Assembly (NCBI GenBank): GCA_964057225.1
Contig: OZ059899.1
Location: 5,704,001 to 5,768,000 of the forward strand
Direction: 5' to 3'
DNA from: Auanema rhodensis
Lineage: Eukaryota; Animalia; Nematoda
Length of the DNA stretch: 64,000 bases
A program made the translations under genes and the position numbers. A model generated the notes under the pieces. That model saw nothing but the letters and a program-made list of their open reading frames with translations, was not told where the DNA came from and did no database searches. Positions 51,488 to 63,155 of the stretch are shown here, one piece after another (position 1 is the first letter of the stretch; each line of letters begins with the position of its first letter).

Positions 51488-52005
51488 ATGTCTTCCATCC
51501 AACAAATGCTCTGTATCGTATTCTGCTGTATTCTAGTCCTTCACGCCATTCCTTTAAAATCTGATGAAGAGTTTCCTATAATGAGAAAACGATTAAGCCA
51601 TGAAGCTCTTCTGCGACTTATAATGAGGTAAACTTCCTGGTTATGATGTTTTTATTGTATAATTTGATTTGATGCATATGTTTTCTAAGCTTCACATCAT
51701 AACTGCATATGGTACATATGACTTTCATAACTTATTTATTGGAAATTTGATTGAATGTTGAATAGAAAATCCAAAGTTTGCTGTGTAGTTTATAGAATAA
51801 CCCAACGTCATAATGTCAAGAAAAATGAATAGCCTTAACTTTCATGTCCTTTAGTTACAACTTTTATTTCAGGAATCGCGGATCAGGATTAGAAATAAAG
51901 CGTGGGTCGGACAAACGTAGCGAGGTGGATCGAAGAAGCATCGATGACGACTTCTCCAATTGTTTCTTGTCTCCAGTCCAATGCATGCTACCACATAACA
52001 AATAG
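51488..52005 (+). CDS. Allatostatin-C/somatostatin-like neuropeptide precursor (2 exons)
   Basis: Signal peptide MSSIQQMLCIVFCCILVLHA; RKR-LSHEALLRLIMRNRGSGLEI-KR-GSD-KR-SEVD-RR-SIDDDFSNCFLSPVQCMLPHNK*. The C-x6-C ring with xxSPxx resembles AstC CYFNPISCF. Intron 51628-51872. Confidence 0.85.
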
Positions 52006-52210
52006 TTTTGTCTTTATGATTCAGAACTTATATTTGGAGAAACAAATAAAGAGAATTCAAATGTTAATTAATAATATTAGACTTTACTATAATCAAACCG
52101 TAATTTTGGACCCGTATTTATTCTCAATTAAAAAACTGACATGATAAATCTTAAGATTAGTAAGAAATATTTGTCTTCATTGCATTTACAGCTTCGATTT
52201 GAAGTTTTTA

Positions 52211-52848
52211 TCACATATCCTCGATATCACGAACAGTTTCTAAAACAGAAAAAAGCTTAAACAGACATATCAACAAATCTCAACCTAGTAGAGGTGTAGT
52301 ATCAGGGAGATCATCTTCGGGCTGCGATTCTTCATCAACTGTTGAAACTTCCATAGAATCTCCTGCAACATAATAATATTTTATATCAAAACTTCTACTA
52401 TACCTGTTCTTTGTTTTTCTGCTAATTTCTCCGCCTTTCTTTTCTTAGCCTCCTCAGACTTTTGAGCTTTTATAACTTTCCACAAATCAATTGCTTCTTT
52501 CAACTATAATACATTTGTAACAGCTAAATACATTAATATTAAAACATACAGGTTTTTCGATATTGTCACATTCTATAACTTTTGCAGCATGAACAACATC
52601 CTCGGCTGTTAAGGTTTTTTTCTTTTTGGAAACAGCATAATCATTTGCATAATTTGTTAAATGAACTACAAACACTGCAGCAGCTCTAGCTATAGCTGTG
52701 CGCGCTTCCTAAAAAGAAACTTTTTTCTATTCGCTTGAAAATAACTAACTTTAGAAACAGAAGCATTTGCAGGCAGAGCATCCTTAACTATTCTACCAAC
52801 AACGGTGGCTGGCAACCGGAGATCGTCTACTTTCATATTTTGGCTCAT
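52211..52848 (-). CDS. pole-3: DNA polymerase epsilon subunit 3 / CHRAC17 (H2B-like histone fold)
   Basis: DDLRLPATVVGRIVKDALPANASVSK|EARTAIARAAAVFVVHLT..ANDYA..KKKKTLTAEDV, then a charged/acidic tail ending EDM*. Confidence 0.9.
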
Positions 52849-52867
52849 TATAAAACTGCAATCGTAA

Positions 52868-53107
52868 TTTTGGCGAAAGAAATGTATTCGTACAGATAAT
52901 TCAAAAAAACGATTTGTCAAGGTTTCGCAATTTGCATAATTGTATTGAAGTATAACTGTTAAATTTTCCAATATTTAATTAACATGAAGGATTGATACGT
53001 GAGAATCACACATAAGGATAGGGTTAATGTTCATCTGGCAACGTTCCAAATGTTGAACATTCAAATTATTGAATATTGGCGGTAAATGTAAAAAAATTTG
53101 GCGGGAG
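52868..53107. promoter_or_regulatory. Bidirectional promoter with E2F-type sites
   Basis: ttttggcgaaa 52868-52878, ttggcggtaaa 53076-53086 and tttggcgggag 53097-53107, plus TTCAAA (CHR reverse) at 52900 and 53060, between divergent pole-3 and rnr-2. Confidence 0.6.
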
Positions 53108-53298
53108 CGAGATAACCAGCTGCTACAGAATTCCCTTCTCTTTGTCTCAGGTTTTCGGTTTGGCGTTGTATTCTTCCTTCTTTTCTTTAAATGTTAGTTT
53201 GTTCCTATGGCTTTAAGCTTTTTTGTTAATCTGTTGCTTATTCTTCCTTCGAGCAACTTTATTTTTTTTATAGCAAACTAACAACTGAAGAGAAAATA

Positions 53299-54908
53299 AT
53301 GACTCTCACCGAGATTCAGAATCAGGAGAACAGCATTGGACAAAGAGTACGTATGTAGAACATTTAAAAAATTTGTGCGAGAGTAAGCATTAACAATGGG
53401 ACGTTTTCCTCACATTGCTTACCGTTGTAAATATTCATGAGCTATTGCCGAAAGAGCGCGTTATAAGCTGTATTCTTCAGCAAATGGGCACTGGTGATCA
53501 CGTGAGCAAGCCTGAAATTAAGGAGGTTCTGGATGTTGATAATTCGGTAATTACCTTTTTTATGTAGATTAAGTATTTTTTTTTAGCTTAAAAGATTGTC
53601 TCTTGAAAAAGAAGAACCTCTCCTTAAGGAGAATCCTAATAGATTTGTGATTTTCCCTCTTCGTTATCCTGATATTTGGGCTTTTTATCAAAAAGCTGTT
53701 GCATCATTTTGGACTGTTGAAGAGGTTAGCATTACTTATATTTTGTAGAAAATCCAAAATATTAGTTGCATATATATTTTAAGTGAAATGTTTCTTTATT
53801 GGTTTTGATATCATGTTATATTTATCAGATTGACCTGGGAAAAGATATGAACGATTGGGAAAAAATGACTGATAATGAACGCTTCTTTGTATCTCGCGTT
53901 CTCGCTTTCTTTGCTGCTTCGGATGGAATTGTCAATGAAAATTTGGTTAGTGTATAACTTGTGTAAGGCAAAGAAAAATTTATGCCTGTAGGTTGAACGT
54001 TTCTCTCAAGAAGTCCAAGTTCCCGAAGCCAGATTTTTCTATGGGTTCCAAATTGCTATTGAAAACATCCACTCACACATGTACAGCAAGTTAATTGAAA
54101 CTTACATACGCGATGAAACCGAAAGGTAAAATAAATTAATGTTGCAGTTTTGAAAATTTTGAATCTTATAGGAACCGTCTTTTTAACGCTATTTTTGAGT
54201 TCCCATGTATCAAGACAAAGGCCGATTGGGCTCTCAGATGGATTGCTGATGAGAAGGCTTCTTTTGCTGAAAGAGTAATCGCTTTTGCTGCTGTTGAGGG
54301 AATTTTCTTCTCTGGTTCTTTCGCTGCTATTTTCTGGCTAAAGAAGCGTGGATTGATGCCTGGTTTGACTCATTCGAATGAATTGATTTCAAGGTAGGAC
54401 ATTCCACTGCTTAAGCCTATCTATCTATTTTTACAGAGATGAGGGACTTCATAGAGATTTCGCTTGCCTCATGTATAGTCATATTCAAAATAAACTTACA
54501 CAAGAAGAGGTTCATGCCATCATTCGAGATGCTGTAACTATTGAACAGGTAAGTATGGAGGTTTACCTAATTTTGCTAACTTTTCATTTAGGAATATTTA
54601 ACAGAGTCATTACCTTGTGATATGATTGGAATGAACTGCCGACTTATGTCTCAATATATCGAATTTGTGGCTGATCATTTACTTGTAGAATTAAATTACG
54701 ATAAGGTTTATTTATTTTTCTTGTACTAATGTTATCTAAATATCTTATCTTATAGCTATACAAAGTCGTAAATCCTTTCGATTTCATGGAAAACATATCC
54801 ATCGAAGGCAAAACTAATTTCTTTGAAAAGAGGGTTTCTGAATATCAACGCACTGGTGTTCTAAATTCTGAGGAAGAGAGGCAATTCGCTCTTGATGCCG
54901 ATTTTTAA
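53299..54908 (+). CDS. rnr-2: Ribonucleotide reductase small subunit (R2)
   Basis: MTLTEIQN start as in C. elegans RNR-2; [74 protein letters not shown]-terminal FALDADF*. Confidence 0.98.
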
Positions 54909-55237
54909 TTGTTTTATCCAATTTAAACCATTGTACATAAACATTATGAGTTGTATTACTTCATTATTATAAAACTGTCATTATAGCAAGTGTCCCATTT
55001 CATATAAAAACTTATAGCATTGTTTCTGCTATAACAATTGTTCCGAATGTTCACTTCTGGAAGTTTGTCTCAATTTACTGGGATATTATCATCATCAAGT
55101 TATTTTTTATCAGCATTTTCGAGAATTAGGTATATAGAAAAATATTATTTTTATTTGTTTTCTTAACGATTTTCTTCAACTAAATATAGATTTAGAATTT
55201 TACTTAAAAGTTTGGAATTTTTTTTTTGAAATCGAGT

Positions 55238-58200
55238 TCACGGTAAGACTAGAGATAAAATTTCTTTTGTAATATTTGTGAAGAATGGCAATTCAACCTG
55301 TAAAAATAAAGATATGTATAATGTCACTTTCATAATATACCGCTGTGTTTTTAACTACTCCGAAAAGAGGTGCAAGATAATCTCGTATTGATGAAATGGC
55401 CTGAAATTCTCAAAAAAATTTCATAACATGCTATTAAGCTTACGTAGAAAAATGTAGTTTGTAGAGTTCCCTGTTTAACATCACTGTAGCATGAAGCTAA
55501 TATATCATTTACTATGATTCTTCCATTTGCTGTCATAGGGGCAAATATGCCTCTCCTTTTTGTTCTTTCAATCGACATAAGTCTTTGTTGCCTCCATTTT
55601 TCCTAAAAGAAAATATTTTTTTGCAGCCCCATTGCTAGATGTTACTTTATAAAGTAGAAGCATACAATCTCCTTTTTCTAATTCTTCTGCAAAAACAGCA
55701 TCTCCGTCTGATGGCACTGTATCAACAAATTCATCATAAAACTCTAAAAAATAATATAATGAAAGTCATGGAACTTGCCTACATACCATCGCATTTATTG
55801 CGGAAAATCAAGTGCTTTGGTGTTAACCGAAGAGTCTTTCCGTACTCTGTCATAATAGTCAGAAATTCTTCTTCTACATCAGGCTCTCTATGCATCCAAA
55901 CAGTAACAGGAGCAAAAAATGGCTGAATAATTAGATTTTCAATGAATTCATATTATATAATAAACCGTTGTTAAATTAGCAGTGAGAACAAAATCCCCTA
56001 TTTCTAGTTGTCCCATGTGCTTTTTACCTTTAGGAGTGATAACCCATGTGTCCAAAGAGAAACATGCACCTAAAAATAGTTTTAGTATTTATCATCCTTT
56101 TTTTGGTTGTTTTGAATTATCGTAGTTGATATCGATGAAGTTTGATTTTGTTTTATATGGCATATATTTTTTTCTATTCCTAGAATGATAATGAAAAAAG
56201 CATCAATTCATTACGCATATTGAAGAATATAATTAATTTTATTTGGCTAGATGACGAGCTTTTGGCCTACTATATTAATCATCTGAACTTAACGATTAAG
56301 CTATTAGACATCATAACATTTTTTAGTAATTATTGTTTACACTAATTTATTATTAATTATATTATATTAAATTTATTGATCTAACTGACCTCCGCCAGCG
56401 GCAGCCGCTGCAGCAGAACTTGAACTCGGATTAGATGAAGCTGCAGCAGCAGCTCCGATGGCTGCAGCAGCTGGAGCCTGAAAAATTAATCAGATGTTTG
56501 TGAGTAAGATATTATCATATTGTATATTAAACATAGATCAATAAAACTTGAATTTTGAAGAACTTATTGAAACATCACTTACTGGATCGGCAAAATCACC
56601 TGCTGGAGGTGCCTGAAGCCATGAATTAACAAAACAATTAACAAAACATTTTCAAGCATTACCTGAGGTGATGATTGGTAGGACAGTAAATGATATCCGC
56701 CCACATCAATTTTACATGTTAAATCATTATATAAATTTGTTTTCATTGTGAAATCTGATCTGGATAAAACAGTTTCAAACGAACCAGGAAAATCTTTTTG
56801 AACAGAACGAGCAGCGAGCTGAAATTTTTGAAAAGTATTATAGTGAATAAATTATTACCATACCCGAGAAAGTGATTCTGTATCATATTTATTAAATGAT
56901 GGAGAGTACTTAGCTTCCTCAATTGTTTTGATCATTTTATATTGTAAATATTGATCGCAACATGTTGAACCTGAAAATAATAATAATATTATATAAATTT
57001 TAATGGCTAAATACCTTCTACTGATGTAGCATTTTCTGGACATGGTAAATGCGATGCTGGTCCATTATCCACAAAAGTACAATCATATAGTGGATACTTA
57101 ATAATTAATAATAGAAATATTTGTTTTGGGAAAATTACCTTAGGGCACGGATTTGCGTATGCCAGAAAGTAAAATTCATCTACACGGAACTTGCAAATTA
57201 AATTGCCTTGATAATGAGATTTAAAGCCAAAGTCATCTCTTGCAGCAATTGCTTCCATAGGATATCCGGTTACGGTTTCAGCTGAATCACGTAATATCTG
57301 AAGAAGATTTGTATTGTTCCATACAATCTTTCTTTCACTAACTGTAATAATTTTTCTTTTGTCATATGGATTATAGTTTGGTTCAGCAATGATTCGCTGA
57401 TAGCTCGCATACATTGCTTGAAACATTCTCAAATTACAACATTTGGAGCCTTCAATTATTATTTAAAACTTTTCAGATTTTTATTAAATACCTGTATTAG
57501 CAGAAGTGCAATGTGATCCAACTGGAAATCCATAACGCGGACCGTATTGTTCCAATATCAGCGGCGTATGAGTTGGCCTAAATTCAACGTTTATTTCTAG
57601 TAATTTCAGATATGAAGCATGCCTCTGACATGGGAGTTCAGTTTGAGCTGTTCCTAATTTCTCGTGCAACGATATCAAGGAAAAATAATCTTCCCGTGCT
57701 GTGTAGTCTGGATCATACTGTAATATACGATATTGCTTAGTTAGAAACAACTTGTTTTAGTCTAAATGTGTCCCATGTGGTCTAGTGGTTAGGATTCGTG
57801 GTTTTCACCCACGCGGCCCGGGTTCGATTCCCGGCATGGGAAGTTTGTTTTGCTGTTTTTAATATAGTAATATAATAATCACTTACTTCTCTTTGTTTTG
57901 GTGTTGCATAAGCAAGAAGATAAAGACCTTTATCAGCATCATAATATTTGCAATATTCATTACCACTGTGGTGAGTAGCAACAAATAAATCAGTTACTGA
58001 TGCGAATACTTCATAGACATGTTGAAAACGCAATTGGATCTTTTTCTTCATTGCCTTCAAAATATAAGTTTCTAATATAATTCCAGTTATTCTCACATTT
58101 GCAACAATTCCCATTGAATCCATTGCGGTATATAGTGAACTAGAAGAAACATCTTCTAAAACTCTATACATAGTTTCATAGAGGGCTAAGTTGCAACATT

Positions 58201-59428
58201 TGTTTCCTATAACCATACAATAGTAAGATATATAAATTAATAATTAAATTAACCGGTACGTCGTTTATGATCACAATGGGTATCTTTCGGTAGATGAAGT
58301 TTATTTTTTTGCAGTTCTGAACGAAAACTATAAAATAATGAAATTAATTATATTTTACACGAGGTAATGGTTTTGTAGCTCGTGCATTTTCAATTGATGG
58401 TTGTAATTGCAAAACTTCTGAAAACAAACAGACTGAACTGTAATGGAGCAATCAAACCAACCGCCAGCTGATGAGCTGTACCGAGCATCAGGAAAATCAC
58501 CTCGAAGATTTGCTTTTTTGGTACTTCCTAAAGGTTCCTGTGAGTCTACAGTAGCTAAAACTTCTTCGTTGTTGATGTTGAATGGCTCATGCTAAAATGT
58601 ATGTGTATTTGATGTAAACAAATAATTTTTCGGATGAAGGAACTAACTTGTACAGGGGTAGCATAGGCTAAAATAAAATATCCTCCAGCAGCAACTTTAC
58701 AAGTATTGAGTCCATGATAATATGTGGAAATTCCAAAGTTTTTTTTACTTATTATAACTTCTATTGATTTTCCACAAGATATTTGTAACAATCGTTGAAT
58801 ATACTTAAAATAGAGTTGATATTGACTGTATTCAAAAAAAAACTATACCTTAGCTGAGTCACCTAGCTTTGGGGTTGAAAAAGCTAATTGAGTTGCTTGA
58901 TATATAGTTTTTTCCATCTCATGGTCACAACATTCAAGGGTTTCATATTTATAAGGAATAAGAGAATTTGCTAAATAAACGAAATATTTTAAAATTTAAA
59001 ATTCAAAACAACTTATGGTATTTCTCCAATAGCATGAACTTTCTCCTACGCGCATTATATTATTATTATTATGAGTACTTGAATTAGCAGATGGTATGTG
59101 TTCCCGCATATGACGATCATCTTGTTTGTGTTCAGCATCTAATATTTATTTTTATTCAACTAAACATATTAAAATTATATAAATACTTTGCATATTCATA
59201 TTCATATTATTATATTTTTTAATCCGACTTGCAGTTATTGTATTAACATCTGAAAAAATGGAATAAAGATATGATCATAATATAGGAAATGGGAATAAAC
59301 TGATTAAAAATGAATGAATTACCTTCTAATATGATATGACAAGTACTATTTTGACAATCTACGCTAACTGTTTGAATAGGTAAAATTGAAATGGCCAGAC
59401 AAACGAGCTTAATAAGTCGTTGAACCAT
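55238..59428 (-). CDS. Groundhog (hedgehog-related) protein: signal peptide, four ground domains, Ala/Ser linker, Hint/Hog autoprocessing domain (grd-1/2/11-like)
   Basis: Four repeats of CC..(L/M)...E(V/A/T)..(S/A)...F.......CK......L(A/S)Y, starting ECCDHEM, KCCNLAL, KCCNLRM, TCCDQYL. Then GGGA-CFSLDTWV..GKKHMGQLEIGDFVL, WMHREP, LRLTPKHLIF (TxxH), GIFAPMTANGRIIVNDILASCYS. Confidence 0.93.
57771..57842 (+). tRNA. tRNA-Glu (anticodon UUC)
   Basis: tcccatg/catggga acceptor stem, D arm tggtctagtggttagga, anticodon arm cgtgg-tt-TTC-ac-ccacg, T arm ccggg-ttcgatt-cccgg, downstream T-runs. Confidence 0.98.
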
Positions 59429-61882
59429 TAAATGCAAATATATATTGATTGATACAAAATTTAAAAAACTGAAATATTTTAAATAATTATAAAAGAAATT
59501 AAAAGAAAAAACAAAATCAATTTATTTTTTATTAAAATATGGATTTCCATATCTACAAGAAGGATTAATGAATAAAAAGATTGAATTAGTAAAGGAGAAC
59601 AATAGTCCTAGATGTTCATCGAACCGAGGCTAGTTTGGACCGACATTAACGTATACACAAATGGAGTCATATATCTTAAAGTTGTTAGAAAGATGATATT
59701 TATAAAATTATTTTTTAAAAAATTATTTATACTCCAGTGAAACATGAGAATATTGAAACATAATTATGTGTATAGTATAATAGAAATATGAAATAACAGT
59801 GTATAAGGAAGATAAATGTGTTCAGTTCAATAAAGATAGATATCTTACCATGAAAACTGTTAGTAATCGAAAAATTGGAGTAAACAAGATTTTAGGGAAA
59901 AAACCAATAAAAATGGTCTTTTGGGACATTAAGAGGCAAGGGTCAATATGAGAGACATTCACTAAGACTAAAGATGTTCATCCATTTTTATCATTTGAAA
60001 ACTTTTTTTTTCCAGGGGTAATGGAAGGACAACGGGCGTATATAGGAATATACGATGAAGGGTCAGAGGATCAATCGAATAGAAGTCCGATTATGCGTTC
60101 CGAAGACGGTTGACCGTTTTCACTTTCTCATCTCACATTCATCTTCTCGAAAAGAAAATCAAACTCTCGATTGTCTACATACAGACACACATCAGTCGAG
60201 TCCTTTATAAAAAAAAAACTTATGATATTTCAGTTATATGATTGTTAATACGTAGTTATATCTAGTTTTAATATAAATTAATATCTAATGATTAAATTTC
60301 AATTTATAAGAAATTTAGTCGATGTAAGTTAGTCAAATCGTTCCAGTTCGATTTACGGATAAATGTATGATTAATCCATATTTTAATTAATTTCTTTTAT
60401 GTTTAAATTATAAATAATCAAAAATAATAATGATATTATCAACAATTTTATTTTTTCTCTACATGTTTGTGATGTGAAAATGATGTAAAATATTTTTGTT
60501 GTTGCTAATGTATATGTAAGTATATTGAATCATTTAATAATTTCATGTTGCATAATTGGTTGTATTCATTGTTTGAAAATAATTTTTATTTTAATATTTT
60601 TTTCATATTTTAAATATTTAATATTGAAACAAACAAATTATATTTCTCATCTGTAATAGTTAAATATATTTTTTTTCTTTTTATTGCTACATTTTTTCAA
60701 TGGGATAAAGCATGCAAGAATTAGGAGGGATTTATTGAAAAAACACAATACTAACTAAAATAGTTTAAAGGAACAATTTTTTTATAAGAAGTTCCAAAAA
60801 AACTAGTTTAGTGAGTGTTCTATCTTGGTAAAGCGGCTGATCGGCTTTTGTAGGATTTCCTAGGCTTGAAGCTCAAAAGAACTCGAATGCATTACTTCAA
60901 ACGAAACTTGTTTTTATAAATGTTTGAGCAATGTATAAATGGCCTTGTGTTCAGTTTGTTTAAAAAAAGTAAAAGCTGCTGATCCTTGAAATTTACTAAG
61001 TAATAATAGGCTTTAAGGTGTAACAGCTTACAAACTTAAAGAGCAGATGAAAGCGATATGGTTTGCTTCAAACTAGACTGGATTGGAAAGGTCTTGACAT
61101 TGTTTCTTCTGTTCATCAAACTGTTTGAAGTACAAGACAGTCGGAAATACTACAAGAACACGATTCCGATCATTCAACTGCCATTAATGGTAATAGTAGT
61201 GTACATCATAACAATGCGCCCTGAGGGCATGAGTCAGAACATTCAAAGGCAAAATGTGTTTCTTCCGACACTGTATGACCGCCAATAGAACAGTTTTTGA
61301 TTGTCTTTTTCTAGATATTTTAAAAAGAAAACAACATAAATCCTTCAACATATTTAAATTGGATTGGGTAAAAAACAACATAAAATAAATTTCAAGGCAT
61401 TTTAACAATGATTAAATGATAAACTTTAGGTTTAATGATTCAAATGGTAATTTTTTTTCTTTGGGATATGGTAGATTACTCATCGTTATGGCATTTCATG
61501 TTCTAGATTCGCCTTATTGTTCTATAGTTCAGCTTTCAGTTTAAAGCATGATTCATAGTTTTTGTTTTTTTTGAGAGAGATTAAAATGAATGGGCAAGAG
61601 ATAGTGAGGTTATGCCATCGAGGCATTGTGTCCTTCAGCTGATGTCAAGGTTATTGTACAACAGAAAGCCCTTAGGGTCTTTACTTTATGTATATCAAAC
61701 AGTCAGCTTTCTAGAAGTATGAATCATATTCGATGACGTAGTTTACATTTCTTCATTTCTCTTCTGTACAAGATGACTACGATGAGAACCTCCCCTACCT
61801 TGGGTTCTAATCCCGCTACTAACATGTGCTTGAACTGCCATAGACACGTAGGCGTGGCGAACAGGAAACCTGTCCCTTCGGG

Positions 61883-61892
61883 CTATATAAGG
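61883..61892 (+). promoter_or_regulatory. TATA box candidate for the DB-module gene
   Basis: ctatataagg in a locally GC-richer block ~185 nt upstream of the ATG, followed by a ttttag acceptor at 62045-62050. Confidence 0.4.
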
Positions 61893-62067
61893 AAACTAAG
61901 AAGCCGATGTGGCATATACAAACTAATATCGAGTACTACTAGTTTAATTCTGTTTCCAATTTCCAGTGCGCTACTTTTCTAAAATGTTTCTTTCAAATTT
62001 CACAATTTTCTTATATCGTTTAATAATAAATTAATTATTTTGAGTTTTAGCTAATTCTTCATTGAAA

Positions 62068-63155
62068 ATGCAGCGTTCACTTCTCGCTCTCTTAATTTTG
62101 TCTACTGCTATTGATATCAGCTTGGCATGTTTCGCATCTGGAGTATGCGGAGGAGGATGTCCACCACCTCCACCACCTGTATGTCACGGAGGTTAGCTAG
62201 ATCTTTTACTATTATTCACAAATATTATATTATCTACAGGATGCGGATCTGGATACGGTTGCGGGCAGTATGGGTGTTATCGCATGAGAGCTAGAGCTCG
62301 TTCTGCCAAGACATTGTCATTCCACGAAACTGAAGAAATTGAAGTAATACAGACATTTTGAATATAATTTGTTAATTATGGCATTTAAGGGACCAAAGAC
62401 ACCTGATGAGAAATTCATGCAGTGTTGTATTGACCGCGATCTCCCAGATTCTTGCTTGAGCAAGTGTTCTTTCCGCTCTTATACCAAGACTTCTTTACAG
62501 GTAAATCTATATAAATCAAGTGTCAAATGTTTCAAAAAGTCTTTGAATCATCTAACCTTCTAAATGACCGAGAAAAAATATCGCTTATTTGATCTCAAGG
62601 TTAACCGGTATATCGAGACTGCAATTGCCCGAAGGCATTGTTGTATTCTCTGATAGTTTAAAGGATACACTAACAAACCTGTTTTGATAACACAACAAAA
62701 ATATACATAATTAATTATTTATAGGCTATGTATTTCAAACAAGATAGCTGTCCAATGCAAGCTGCTGCTGATATCCATTTCTGTGCTGCTCAAGGAAGAG
62801 ATCATACTGATTGCTGCTACAGAAATGGTGTTACCACTACTTTGGCTGGATCCAAGGTAAATTTTAGAAGACCAAACATCTTAATGAAACCAACTAGCTT
62901 TAGAACTAGCAATTGAAAATAATATATTTGTTTCAGTGCATGACATTCTGTGATCAACGTCCAGGAAACGTTACCAAGCTCGACCTAACTTACTTGGCTT
63001 GCTACGATCGTTTTGATAACATGAAAGCTTGTTTCTGGCAAGACATTAACGCTGAAGAGCAGCCAGAACTCTCTTTCTCAAATGATGAAGTTGAGCCAGC
63101 AAAGCCTCGCCGCTTAGCTTCTGCTCGTACTTTCAATGCTAAGACATTCAATTAG
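62068..63155 (+). CDS. Secreted DB-module protein
   Basis: Signal peptide, Gly/Pro/Cys-rich N-terminus (CFASGVCGGGCPPPPPPVC...CGQYGCYRMRAR), then DB module PDEKFMQCCIDRDLPDSCLSKCSF...CP....IHFCAAQGRDHTDCC...CMTFCD...CYDRFDNMKACFW. Confidence 0.93.

Noticed and set aside
9093-55926. Antisense or off-frame ORFs such as 9093-9416, 12918-13169, 20273-20509, 21321-21587, 51902-52144 and 55639-55926
   Set aside because: Shadows of real exons on the other strand or frame.
59937-60066. Two AAGGGTCA NHR-23/ROR-like half sites between the groundhog and DB genes
   Set aside because: Plausible for cuticle/moulting genes, but too few and too short to distinguish from chance.
61058-61408. Overlapping ORFs of 76 and 74 aa
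   Set aside because: No homology cues or coherent exon structure.
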